64,000 bases of DNA from Felis catus (lineage: Eukaryota): contig NC_058368.1 in the NCBI RefSeq assembly GCF_018350175.1, positions 20,214,001 to 20,278,000 of the forward strand, written 5' to 3'. This document shows positions 40,303 through 53,266 of the stretch, one piece after another. The notes beneath the pieces are model-generated. The model saw nothing but the letters and a program-made list of their open reading frames with translations. It was not told where the DNA came from and did not search any database. The position numbers were made by a program, and so were the translations under genes. How positions within the stretch are numbered: the stretch's first letter is position 1; each line of letters starts with the position of its first letter.

Positions 40303-42286
40303 AAGAACTATTTCCCAGATCACTATAGCTTTGTGGGTCTCATGGACATGAGGCCCATGGTTTTCAGAGCTAGATGTTTTGGGGACTTATCTCCCAGGTT
40401 CAGGTCTTAGAAGCTGCAGTACCACAAGAGGAGTTCAAAGCCTTTACTCCACAGGGAGAGATTATGAGTTGTGAGATCCCTCTTGATGGTGGGTTACCTT
40501 GCCAGGGCTGAGATTCATTGTGAGACTGTGTCTCAGTCTCTCTGACCAATTGTTTTTTTTTTTTTTTTTAATTGAAGTAGAGTTGGCACACCACATTACG
40601 TTAGGTACACAACACAGTGATTCAACAAGTCTGTATGTTACACTATGCTCACCTCAATTGTAGCTACCAACTGTCACCATAAGACACTTTGACAATAACA
40701 TTGACTGTGTTCCCTATGCTGCACCTTTCATCCACAGGACCTACTCATTCACTAACAGGAAGCCTGTATCTCCCACTCCCCTCCCCTCTGGCAACCATCA
40801 GTTCTCTGTATTAATGGGTCTGTTTCTGTTTTTTCTTTCATTTTAGTTCACTTAGCATAATACCTTCTAGGTCCATCCATGTTGTTACAAATGGCAACCT
40901 TATCCTTTCTTATAGCTAATATTCCATTGTGTATGTATGCATTTGTGTATACGCACGCACACACACACGTATCTTCTTTATCCATTCATCTATCAGTGGA
41001 CACTGGGTTGCTTCCATATCTTGGCTAATGCTACACTAAACATAGGGGTGCATATATCCTTTTGAATTAGTGTTTTTGTTTCCTTTGGCTAAATACCTAG
41101 TAGTGGAATTACTGGATCATAGGGTATTGGCTTTTAATTTTTTGAGGCACTTCCATACTGTTTTCCACAGTGGCTGTACCAATTTATATTCCCAACAGCA
41201 GTGCATCAAGGTTCCCTTTTCTCCATATTCCTGCCAACAGTTATTTCTTATCATTTTGAAACTAGCTATTCTGATAGGTGTTATTTCATTGTGGTTTTGA
41301 TTTGCATTTCCCTGATGATTAGTGATGCTGAGCATCCTTTCATGTGTCCATTGGCCATCTTTATGTTTTCTTTGGAGAAATGTCTATTCCGATCCTCTGC
41401 CCATTTTTTAATCGGATTATTTTTCTGATGTTGAGTTGTGTAAGTTCTTTGTATATTTTGGATATTAACTGCTTATCAGATACATCATTTGAAAATATCT
41501 TTTCTCACTCAGTAGGTTGCCTTTTCATTTTGTTGACAGTTTCCTTTGCTGTGGAAAAGCTTTTAATTTTTGGTGTAGTCCCAGTAGTTTATTTTTGCTT
41601 TTAGGAGACATATCTAGAAAAATGTTGCCAAGGCTCATGTTCAGTAGATTACTGCCTATGTTTCTTCCAGAAGCTTTATGGTTTAAGGTCTCACATCTAA
41701 GTTCTTAATCCATTTGGAGTTTATTTTTGTGAGTGGTGTAAGAAAGCTGTCTAGTTTTATTCTTTTGCATGTAGCTGTCCAGTTTTCCCAGCACCATCTG
41801 TTGAAGAGACTATCTTTGTTGTATATGCTTGCCTCTCTTGTTGAGATTAATTGACCATATAAATGTGGGCTTATTTCTGGGCTCTCTATTCTGTTCCATT
41901 GATCTGTCATTTTTGTGCCAGTACCATCCTGTTTTGATCACTATAGCTTTGTAGTATAGCTTGACGTCAAGGATTGTGATACCTCCAGCTTTGTTCCTTC
42001 CCAAGATTGCTTTGGTCATTCAGGGTCTTTGTGATCCCATACAAATATTGGGATCATTTTTTCTGGTTCTGTGAAAAATACTATTGGTATTTTGATTGGG
42101 GTTGCACTGTATTTGCAGATTGCTTTGGGTAGTATGGACATTTTAACAATATTTTTCTAATCCATGAGCATGGAATAGCTTTCCATTTGTTTGTCTTCAG
42201 TTTCTTTCACCAATGTTTTGTAGTTTTCAGAGTGTAGGTCTTTCAGCTCCTTGGATTAGTTTACTGGTACGTATGTATTCTTTTTT

Positions 42287-42491
42287 TTTTTAACGTTTAT
42301 TTATTTTTGAGAGAGAGACAGAGCATGAACGGGGGAGGGGCAGAGAGAGAGGGAGACACAGAATCGGAAGCAGGCTCCAGGCTCTGAGCCACCAGCCCAG
42401 AGCCCGACGCGGGGCTCCAACTCGCGGACCGCGAGATCGTGACCTGAGCTGAAGTCGGACGCTTAACCGACTGAGCCACCCAGGCGCCCCC
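42287..42491 (-). mobile_element. Young feline Can-SINE within L1
   Basis: CpGs retained; perfect TSD tatgtattctttttt at 42272-42286 and 42493-42507. Confidence 0.95.
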
Positions 42492-44637
42492 ATATGTATT
42501 CTTTTTTAATGAAGTTAGAATTATTTTCTTAGTTTTTCTGCTACTTTGTTATTAGTGTATAGAAACACAACCAGTTTCTGTGTATTCATTTTGTATCCTA
42601 CAACCTCACTTAATTCATTTATCACTTCTAATAGTTCCTTTGGTGGAATCTTTAGGGTTTTCCACATATATAGTATCATGTCATCGGCAAGCAAGTAGTG
42701 ACAGTTTAACTTCTTCCTTACCCATCTGGATAACCTTTATTTCTTTGTCTTATTGCTGTGGCTAGGACTTTCAGTTCTATTTTAAATGAAAGTGGCAAGA
42801 CTGGACATCTTTGTCTTGCTCCTGATCTCAGAGGAAAAGCTCTCAGGTTTTCATGAGTAGCAGGTTAGCTGTGAGCTTGCCATATACGGCTTTTATTATG
42901 TTGAGGTATGTTTCCTCTAAACTCCCCACTTTGTTGAGTTTTATTATGAATGAATGTTGAATTTTGTCAGATGTCTTTTCTGCATCTGAGATGATCATAC
43001 GATTTTTATTCTTAGTTTTGTTAATGTGGGTATCGTGTTGATTGATATGCTAATATCAAAGCATGCATGCATCCTGGAATGAATCCCACTTAAGGTGAAT
43101 GCTCGATCCTTCTAATGTACTACTGAATGCAGTGTTGCTAGCATTTTGTTGAGGATTTTTACATCTGTGCTTATCAGGGATACTGGCCTATAGCTTTATT
43201 TTTTTCATAGTGTCCCTGTCTGGTTTTGGTATCAGGACAATACTGGCCCTGAAGAACATGTTTGGAAGCTCTCCTTCCTCTTTTTTTTTTTGGAATAGCT
43301 AGTGAATAGGTATTGACTCTTCTTTAAATGTTTAGTAGATTCACCTGTGAATCCATCTGGTATTGGACTTTTGTTTGTTGGGAGTGTTTGGATTACCAAC
43401 TCAATTTTGTTACTAGTAATTGGTCTGTTCAGATTTTATATTTTTTCCTATTTCTCCTGGGTTGTCCTTTTGTTGGCATATAATTTTTTTTTTTTGTGGT
43501 GGTCTCTTAGAACCACACATTCTGTGGTGTTGGTTTTTACTTCTGTTTCTGATTTTATTTGGGGCCTCTCTTTTTTTGAGTCTGGCCAAAGGCTTATCAA
43601 TTTTGTTTATATTTTAAGGAACCAGCTCTTGGTTCCATTGATCTTTTCTGTTTTTCTTTTTCCAGTCCCTATTTCATTTATTTCTGCTCTGGTCTTTATT
43701 ATTTCCTTCCTTCTACTTAACCTTGGGCTTTGTTCTCTTTCTAGTTCCTTTATTTGTAAGGTTAGTTTATTTGGGATTTTTTTAAATTTCTTGAGATGGG
43801 CCTGTTTCACTATAAATTCCTCTCTTAGAACTGTCATTGTTGTGTCTCAAAGATTTTTGGACCATTGTGTATTCATTTGTTTCCATGTATTTTTCGATTT
43901 CCTCTTTGATTTCTTCATTGACCCATTCATTGGTTGTTCAGTAGCATGCTGTTTAGCTTCCATATATTTCTGGGGTTTTTTTCCAGTTTTTTTTTTTTTT
44001 TCTTGTGATTGATTTCTACTTTTCATACTGTTATGGAGAAAAAAGATGCTGATTAAAACTTGTTTTTGGCCTATATGTGATCTAGTCTGGAAAATATTCC
44101 ATGTGTACTTGAAAAGAATGTTATTCTGTTGTTTTTAGGTGCAGTGTTCTGTTTACATCTGTTAAGTCCATCTGGTCTAATGAGGCATTCAAAGACACTG
44201 TTTCCCTATTTTCTGCCTGCAGGATCTATTCATTGATACATGTAGGGTGGTAAAATTCCCTACTATTCTTGTATTTCTGTCAATTTTTCTCTTTATGTCT
44301 GTTAATAGTTGCTTTATGTATTTAGATGCTTCAATATTAGGTACATAGATATTTACAATTGTTATATCCTCTTACTTATGTAATGCCCTTCTTTAAAATA
44401 AAAGATAAAGACTGTAACAAAAGAGAAAGTCTATTTCATCTGATAAAGCACTGCTACCCTATACTTTGTTTTTGCATGGAATATGTTTTTCTATCCTTTC
44501 ACTTTCAGTCTTTAGGCATCTTTAGATCTGAAGTCTCTTGTAGGCAGCATAAAGATGGTTTTTTTTTTTTAAATCTGTTCTGCCACCCTATGTTTTTTTA
44601 TTGGAGCATTCAGATTATTTACATTTAAAGTAATATT

Positions 44638-44990
44638 GGGACACCTGGGTGGCTCAGTTGGTTAAGCATCTGACTGCGGGTCAGGTCATGATCTTGTGGT
44701 TCAAGAGTTCGAGCCCTGCGGCAGGCTCTGTGCTGACAGCTCAGAGCCTGCTTTGGACTGTGACTCCTTTTCTCTCCGACCCTCCGCCACTCATGCTTTG
44801 TCTCTTTCTCTCTCAAAAAATAAATACACATAGGGTTGATGGGGGGTGGAAGGGAGGGGAGGGTGGGTGATGGGTATTGAGGAGGGCACCTTTTGGGATG
44901 AGCACTGGGTGTTGTATGGAAACCAATTTGACAAGAGATTTCATATATTGGAAAAAAAATAAAACTAAAAAAATACACATTAAAAAAATT
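44638..44990 (+). mobile_element. Can-SINE whose tail is split by a short L1 insertion
   Basis: SINE head and body at 44638-44831; the tail resumes at 44981. Confidence 0.88.
44832..44970 (+). mobile_element. 5'-truncated young feline-type L1 3' end
   Basis: agggttgatggggggtgg..gaggagggcacc..gggatgagcactgggtgttgtatggaaaccaatttgac followed by an A-tail; TSD aaatacacat at 44822-44831 and 44971-44980. Confidence 0.85.
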
Positions 44991-47869
44991 TTTAAAGGGG
45001 GATTTATGCGATCTGAAGAGATATCAGAGTTATTGACATGTATGTCCTTATTGTCATTTTGTTAATTGGTTTCTGGTTGTTTTTATAGTTCTTCTCCACT
45101 CATTTTTTTCTCTTGGTCTCTTTCCTTGTGATTGATGACTTTCTGTAGTGTTATGCTTGGCTTTCTCTGTCCTTTTATCTATTACAGGTTTTTGGTTTAT
45201 CATTACTATGAGCTTTATATATAGTATCATGTCTATATCAAGTGGATGGTCACTTAAGTTTTAGAATGTGTCCAAAGAACTTTTCTACTCCCCCTCCACA
45301 TATAAAAATGCTGTCAGTTTTACATCTTTTTATTCATAATTTCCTTCTAATTATGGCCTTTTCCACATCAACATGTCCCTTTATCATGACTTTTAAGGCT
45401 GGTTTAGTGGTGATGTAGTCCTTTAACTTTTGTTTATCTGGGAAACTTGTGATCTCTCCTTCACTTATGAACGATAACCATGCCGGGTAGAATATTTTTG
45501 GTTGTAAGATTTTTTTCTCTCCCAGCTTTTTGCATTCCAGAAGGGAGTAGCATGATACATTCCATTTCTGCTGAAAAATCAGTTAATAGCCTTATGGGGT
45601 GTCCTTTATATGTAACTTTTTGCAACTTTTAAAATTCTCTTGACCTTTAAACCTGTGGTATTTTAATTATTATGTGTTATGGTGTAGGACTCCATGGGTT
45701 TATCTTGTTTGGAACTCTTTCTTAAACTTAGATGTCTATTTATCTCCTTAGGTTAGGGATGTTTTAAATTATTTCTTCAAATAAATTTTCTATACCTTTC
45801 TTTCTTATTCTTTTGGGACCCCCCCCCCCCATAATTCAAGTTTTTGTCTGTTTGATGTCCAAGAAATCCCTTAACCTGCTTCACTTTTCAAAATTATTTT
45901 CTCCTTTAGCTGTTCTATTACCTTGTTTTCCAGATCACTGATCCGTTCTTCTGTATCTGGTAATCTGCTGCTGACTCCCTCTAATATATTTGTCATTTCA
46001 GTTATTGTATTTTTCAACTCTGATTCTTTTTTACATTTTTTTCTTAGTTGAAGTTCTCATTGGGTCCTTCTACTTTTCTCTCCAGTCCAGTTAGTATCTT
46101 CATATACCATTACTTTACATCCATTATGAGGCATGTTGCTTACCTCCATTTAATTTGGGTCTTTTTCTGAAATTTTTTGTTTTAATTTGAAACCTATTCT
46201 TCTGTCTCCTCATATTGCTTGACTTTCTGTGGATCCATGAGTTAGGTAGAATAGCTACTTCTAAACTCAAAGGAATGGTCTTGGGTATAGTCATCCCCTT
46301 TGTAGACTGTGGGTGCAAGCCAGGGTGTCCTGGGGCTCTCCAGCAGAGGGCACTCTGGTAGGGGACCTGGAACTAAGGCATGGTACTGCTGGGGGGTCCT
46401 GGGATGTTCTGGACTAAGAACCAAGAGCTGAGGCAGGCATGAGCTGCTCCAGAGCAGCTGAAGTTGAAGTGGTATGAGCCTGGAGTACTTCAGGTTGCTT
46501 GTGCCTGTGTCACCTTCATGCAATAGCTGAAAATGTAGTAAGTGCTGAGCAGGGCTGTCCTGGTGTGTGCAGCACTGTGTTGAGGCCACCTCAAGAGGAC
46601 AGCTGGTGTGCTGTGGGCTCGGGGCCTGGAGGTCACTGAGTTAGGCTGGCTCGGGCACATGGACCCTGCTCCCACCCGTACTGCCAAGCTTAGGGGTGGG
46701 GAAGCCTGCCCCTTAGACCCAGGGAGAGTTCCAGCAGCTCTCTTGCCTTGCGGCCGGTTATAGTGCTAGTTCCTTTGTATTGTAGTTGCTGTTTTAAACT
46801 GCAGCCTTTTTTTTCTGTGCCCTAGGACAGATGAATCAGCTCACAGCTCCTTTGTACTAACTCTTCCCACTTCAGTTCATAATGTCAAGGGTTGGGGGGG
46901 GGGTTCCCTTCATGCCCCCAACTCTCTTGATATGTGACTTCTCGGTCTTCTGTTATGCAGAAGCTGTTCATTCAGCCCTCAGGGGGGGAACTGCTCCATA
47001 AACAGGTACAGATTTGGTGTGCCCATGGAGGAGGGTGAGTTCAAGGTCTTCCTACATTGTCATCTTGGATCAGAACTCCCGCTGTTACCCACTTTAATGT
47101 GGCTGTGCTTCTTGTTTGCCTGATCTGGGGGATCTGCTTACCTGGTTTTTGGGTGTCCTTCAGAAGAAAGCAAATCTCACAGCTGTAGTCTTAGTGTGTC
47201 TAGGGAAGGAAGTGAATTTGGGACCCTCCTATGTCACCAGCTCAACCTGAAACCCTGTGTTGTTTTTTAGAGTGGTCATTGGAAAGAAATGAGGACGGTT
47301 TAGAGGAAAATCGCACTGTAAAGGTAAACAAAACCTGTGCGCATTTGGTGAAATCAGTGACATTTCTAGATAGGACATTTGAATAGTGTCAAAGAGATTT
47401 TTCTAGGCCGTATAAATCTTTGCTAGATGGTCATTTTACCCTGTGTGTCATTCTATAATAGAAGAAAAGTACTTTTTCTCCAGAATTGGCCAAATGGCAA
47501 CCAAGTGATAACCATCCACACTGCCTGGCTTCCTGCTAACAGTCACACAGCCTCCCTAATTTCACTGCACACACCAATCTGCATGATGTGGAGAAGGACA
47601 AATCTGAACGTGTCCCTTGGCGGAACAGACCCAGTAGCAAGCTCTGCAACACTGTACAGTTCCAGAAAGACACAAGACCGAAGGAGTAATCTTTGTGTTT
47701 TGCACCTATTTGGAAATGATATTGTTCCCCAACACACAGGTAGGCTTATATCTCCATGACTTCATGCTTGTCTGCTTAGAGAACACTTGCCCATCTTCAG
47801 AAACCAAACTCAAGGTGATGGTGGGAAGCCTCCTATGGCCACCTTCCCTTTTTTGTGAACAATGTGCAC

Positions 47870-48260
47870 TCACTTCTCTTGGGTGTATATCTAAAGGTGA
47901 GCTTATTTTTTTTAGCATTAGAAGGTACTGGAAAACAAATGTCCAAACTGACTGTATCAATATATACTTCTACTAAGAATTTGTTTCAGTTGCCTCACAT
48001 ACTCACCAACATTTGGTGTTACTGTTCAAAATTTTTGCCATCCTGGTGGGTTTGGCATTTTCCAGATGACTGATGATATTGAGTAGAATCTTTTTATATT
48101 TTTATTGGCCTTTTGGATATCCTCTTTAGTGAAGTGTTTGTTCTTCGTGTATATTCTGGATTCAATTCTCTTTTCAGATGTATACATTCGGATGTAAATA
48201 TCATCATTCATCATTTAAGGCTGGTACTTACTATGCTGTGTTTTAAGAAATTGTTGCTAC
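47870..48260 (-). mobile_element. Very old L1 (L1ME-like) fragment
   Basis: ttctcttgggtgtatatct..tttttattggccttttggatatcctctttagtgaagtgtttgttc. Confidence 0.6.
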
Positions 48261-49309
48261 CCATCTACCAGCTATGCTAAGTCACAGGGTGGAGAACCTA
48301 ACACAAAAAAAGCTTGGAACCCTGAGGACTGCCACACATAAGACAGAGAAAGCAGCATGTATCTAATAAAGCCACTATTTGTCCTTTCATAAGCCTGACC
48401 TTGCAAATCGCCGAAACAGAGCCATTCGGCAGAAATGTATATTTATATGTAGTTAGAGGGACTGGGTTAACTGTAAAATCCCAGTGCTGCAAGGCTTTTA
48501 GCAACTGGGTTGAATGACTTCTAATATTGGTATAAATGTTCATATTTGCACATAACAGTCACTTAATAAATTCCTACTGAATGAATACAAAAATACACAT
48601 GAGGTAAAAATACAGATATTCTAAAAGTGATTATCAAGGGAATTTTAAAGTGCTTATACATATATATATATGTATACATATATATACACACACACAAATA
48701 TTCATAAATGGTTTTTGTAGGAAAAGAAATCATGAGAACTCTGGGATTATGGTAAAGTGGCAGCAGCATCTACGATAAAAATAAAGTTTTCAAGTCAAGG
48801 AATGCCTCAGGGACCAGCTTTGTTTAATATCAGTGGCAGCTCTTGGGAATATGTGGCAAGTATCATAGAAGATACTACATAGAAAGGGACTATAAACCGC
48901 TGGAACTGCTAGGAACCTACTAGGCTATTGGATATATATTAAAAAGCTATCCATTTGAGGAACAATAGAGAAACTCTGAGAAAAACAGATCTGAGGATTG
49001 GGAGCTGAGGCTGATACATTTAATGACAGAATCTGTATCTAAAATATGATTCATTAGAGGAGCATATCATGCCCAAAAGTTAAGCTTGGTCTAAGTCCTA
49101 CAATTTTCCCTGAATGCTTTATGTATTACCTTACTATTGGCTGTAAAGTAAAGAGGCAAACCGAGCTGAGTTTTGTATTAACAAAGGAACGTTAAGAATT
49201 TGATTAAGGATTTTCAAAAGAGAAACATCCCTTGTCATAGTTCAAATGAAGAGATCTTAGAAGTAGCTGGCTGAAGTGATTACCAACAACTTAAACAAAA
49301 ATCCCATTT

Positions 49310-52300
49310 TTTGAAATTCAAAGAAAATGAAGAAATCCTATTTGAACTATGGGGCACGATCAAAGAAACCAACTCCTTCTGGGACTTCTAAAACAAGGAT
49401 GAGGGAGGGAGAAAGGAAAAGAAATCTTAATGGCTGAAACTCCCCCAAATCTGGGGAGAAATATGGTCATCCAGGCACAGGAAGCTCGAAGATCCCCCAA
49501 AATATTTAAGCCAAAGAGAAATCTTCACCGAGACACATTATAATCAACTTCTGAAAAATCAAAGACGAAACTTGAAACCAGCAAGAGGAAAAAGAACCAT
49601 CATTACATACAAACAACTCCCAATAAGGCTTTCAGTAGATGTCTCAACAGAAACCTTGCAGGAGAGTGGGGTGATATATTCAAAGTGCTTAAAGAAAAAA
49701 AAAAACTCACCCAAGGATGCTTTATCCTTCATTTCTTACTGGGTAAAGACTTTCTCATACAAACAAAAGGTGAGGAAATTTATCACCACTAGACCTGCTC
49801 TACAAGTAATGCTAATTGAGTCTTCAAACTGGAATAGGAGGATGCTAATTAGTAACATAAAAATATATTAAAGTATAAAATTTACTGTGAATATATATTG
49901 AAATTCAAAATAGTACAATGGCGGTACATAAATCACTTTGAAATCTAGCATACGAGAGACAAAAGGGTTGAAAATAACCATGGCTACAATATTACGTTAA
50001 TGGACACAATATAAAAAGATGTAAATTGAGACATGAAGTCAAGGGGTAGAACTTTCTCATGCAATTGAAGTTTTTACCAGCCTAAAATAGAAGGTTATCA
50101 GATACCTTATGAAAGCTTATGGTAACTGCAGAGCAAAAGTCTATGACAGATAAACAAATGATAGAGAAAGGAAGCAAACCACTACAAAAAATGTCAGCAA
50201 GGAAGGAACTGTAAGGCGATCAGGAAGCAATTAACAAAATGGCTACAGTAAGTGCTTACTTATCAATAATTAGGCTAAATTCTCCTATTAGAGGACAGAC
50301 TAGCTGAATGGGTAAAAAAAAAAATGACCCATCTATATGCTAAATGACCCAAAAGAGCAGAGGTAGTTATATGAGATAAAACAAACAGTAAGTCAAAAAT
50401 TGTAACTAATGGTGAGGCGGTCAATTCATCGGAAGGATATAATAATTTTAAACATCCATGCACCGAATATGAGAGCACTTAGAAATACTAAACAATTGTT
50501 AACAGAGAGCAACAGACAGCAATACAAATGATAGTAGACGTCAGTATGCCACTTGCAACAATGGGCAGATTATCCAGACAGAAAATCACTAAGGAAATGG
50601 ATTTGATGACACTTCAGACAAAACGGATATGAGACAGGTACAGAACATTCCATCCAACAGCAGAATATACGTTCTGAAGTGCACACAAAACATGTCTTAG
50701 CAAATTTAGGAGTAAATAATACCAAGTATCTTTTCTGATGCTAATGCCATGAAATCAGAAAACAGTAATAGGAGGCAAGATTCACAATTCACAATTGTGG
50801 AGATTAAACAACATAGTCATGAAAAAGCAATGGGTGAAGAAAGAAATCAAAAGGGAAGTAAAAAATATATATCAAGACTTATGGGATGCAGCAAAAGCAG
50901 TACTAAAAGTTCAGAGCAATAAATGTCCACATCTAGAAACAAAAGAAGATCTCAAACAACCTCCCTTTAACCTCAAGGAACTTGAGAAACAATAAGCTAA
51001 CACCAAAGTTAGTGGAAGGAAGGAAATAAAGATCAGGGCAGAAATAAATGAAACAGTAACTGAAAAGTTAATAGAAAAGATCAGTGAAAGGGCACCTGGG
51101 TGGCTCAGTCGGTTAAGCATCCAACTTCAGCTCAGGTCTCTATCTCAGTTTGTGGGTTCGAGCCCCATGCTGGGCTCTGTGCTGACAGCTCAGAGCGTGG
51201 AGCCTGCTTTGGATGTGTGTCCCTCTCTATCTGCCCCTCCCCTGCTTGTGCTCTCTCAAAAATATACATTAAAAAAATCAGTGAAACCAAGTGTGGTTTT
51301 TTGTTAAGATAAACAAAAGTGACAAACCTTTAGCTACACTCACCACAAAAAGGACTCAAAATCAGAAATGAAAGAGATGTTAAAATGGATACCACAGAAA
51401 TATAAAGAAACATAAGAGACTACTATGAACAATTATATGCCAACAAACTGGACAACCTAGAAGAAATGGATACATTCCTATAAATATACAATATACCATG
51501 ACCGAATCATGAAGAAATAAAAATGGGTTAAAGACTTCTAGAGAAAACATAGGAGGTAATCTCCTTAACATTGGTCTTGGTGATGATCTTTGAATTTGAC
51601 ACCAAAAGCAAAATAGACAAGTGGGAACACATCAAACTAAAAGGCTTCTACACAGCAAAGGAAACCATCAACAAAAGGAAAAGGTTACCTATAAAATGAG
51701 AGAAAATACTTGTAAAAATTTGCACATCGTATATCTGATAAAGGGTTAATATCCAAAAAAATAAAGAAGTCCTAACTCAATAAGAAAAAAAACCAAAACA
51801 ATCTGAGTAAAAAAGGGGCAGAGGATCTGAATAGACATGTTTCTAAAGAAGACCCACAGATGGCTAGTAGGTATATGATAAAATGCTCAACCTCAGGAAT
51901 CATCAGGGAAATGCAAATCAAAACCACAATGAGGTATCACCTCACATCCATTAGGATGATTTACAGAAAAAAGACCAGAGATAACAAATTTTGGTGAGGA
52001 TGTGTAGAAAAGGAAAACTTTATACACTGTTGGTGGAATGTAAACTGGTATAGCCATTATGGAAAACAGTATTGTGGTTCCTCAAAGTACAAAAGATTTA
52101 ATTACCATATCATCCAGTATTCCCATTCTTGGATATATACCCAAAGGAATTGAGATCAGTATCTTGGAGAGAGAGCTGCATACCCATATTCACTGCAGCA
52201 GGTTATTTCCATATCTCAGCTAAGTAACCATCAATGGATGCATGGATAAAGAAAATTGGTACATATACACAAGAATATTATTCAGCCACGAAAAAGAAGG

Positions 52301-52710
52301 AAATCCTGCTATTTGTGACAACATGGAAGGCCTTTGAGGGCATGATGCTAAGATAAGTTGGACAAAGATAAATATCACTTAGATATGGGGTCTAAAAATA
52401 ATGAACTTGTAAAGACAGAATACAGTGATGGTTACCAGGGGCTGGGGGAACTGGGGAGACATTATTTAGGATTACAAACTTATAATAGGCAAGTTATGAA
52501 GATCTTACATACAACAATGATTATGGTCAACAATACTGTATTATAACCCTCCATGTTGCTAAGAAACTAGATCTTAACTATTCTCAGCAAAAATTATGTC
52601 ATGTGATAAAAGTGTTAGCTAATGCTATTGTAGTAATCCTACTGCAATGTTTTCAAAGCAACACATCGTGCACCTGAAACTTACACAATATGTCAATCAT
52701 ATCTCAAAAA
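49310..52710 (+). mobile_element. 5'-truncated decayed L1 with a large internal ORF2 deletion
   Basis: ORF1 remnant at 49572-49871 (PIRLSVDVSTETLQ), EN-region remnants (WRLNN..QWVKKEIKRE), a jump at ~51525 into late ORF2, and 3'UTR to 52710. Confidence 0.85.
51090..51276 (+). mobile_element. Can-SINE within L1
   Basis: TSD atcagtgaaa at 51080-51089 and 51277-51286. Confidence 0.92.
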
Positions 52711-52925
52711 TATGGAAAGAACTCAGCTTTTGTTATTTTTGGTTTGAATTATCCAAGTAATTGCTGCCGTTCTTCCTTTTAATTTTCTAGTGCACTAATA
52801 CTAGACTGGGGGACTCAACCTTGGCCAATTAATATACTGCAGGCTATGGGATTATTCATTAAAGTAAAAAAAAAAAACAAAAAACATTTGGGGGCCTGAC
52901 TGGATCACAGGGATTAGTTTAATTC

Positions 52926-53132
52926 AAGGTTTCTCTCCTTCAGCACAACTAACATCTTGGGCTCGATAGTTCTTTGCTGCGGGTGGGGGGAGGTGTTCTA
53001 TAGATGCCAGAAGCATCCTACTCACTGCCCCCCGCCCCCCCAAACGTGTTACAACCAAAACTGTCTCAGGACTTTGCCAAATGTTCCCAGACATGGCAGG
53101 GGTGGAAAGATTCCCTCAGTTGAGAAGCACGG
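52926..53132. mobile_element. MER20-like DNA transposon
   Basis: tagatgccag..acaaccaaaactgtctcaggactttgccaaatgttccc..cagttgagaagcac. Confidence 0.75.
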
Positions 53133-53266
53133 CTAGTCTTTTGTATTATGGAAACATAATGCCCTTTTATTAGCTCAGGGATCAAAATTCTATGGGAATG
53201 TCTCTCCATCATTTTTTTCTAAACTAAATTTTTATTTTTATCAACTGAAATGTGGGCAGACTTTTA

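Larger units (their letters stand above)
40553..47080 (-). mobile_element. Near-full-length decayed L1 nested in the 5'UTR of the outer L1
   Basis: Poly-T tail at 40553-40568, ORF2 remnants ([38 protein letters not shown]), ORF1 region at ~45500-46250, and a 5' end ending ..gtcatcttggatcagaactccc. Confidence 0.88.
33917..47253 (-). mobile_element. Decayed long L1 (outer element; 33917-40552 plus 47081-47253), interrupted by a second L1
   Basis: 3'UTR at ~33960, ORF2 remnants at 34374-37379, ORF1 remnant at 38388-38753 (RHIIIKVLKVKDKERILKA..DFSAATLQAR), 5'UTR to 40552 resuming at 47081. Candidate TSD cctatgttgttt (33903-33914) / cctgtgttgttt (47254-47265). Confidence 0.85.

Noticed and set aside
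39520..40340. Three dispersed copies of a ttaagaac..tttc...gtg motif
   Set aside because: They lie inside the L1 5'UTR, where sub-repeats are a normal feature. The spacing is irregular and not CRISPR-like.
43347..44012. 221-aa hydrophobic ORF resembling a membrane protein
   Set aside because: It is the T-rich antisense strand of L1 ORF2, a well-known artefact.
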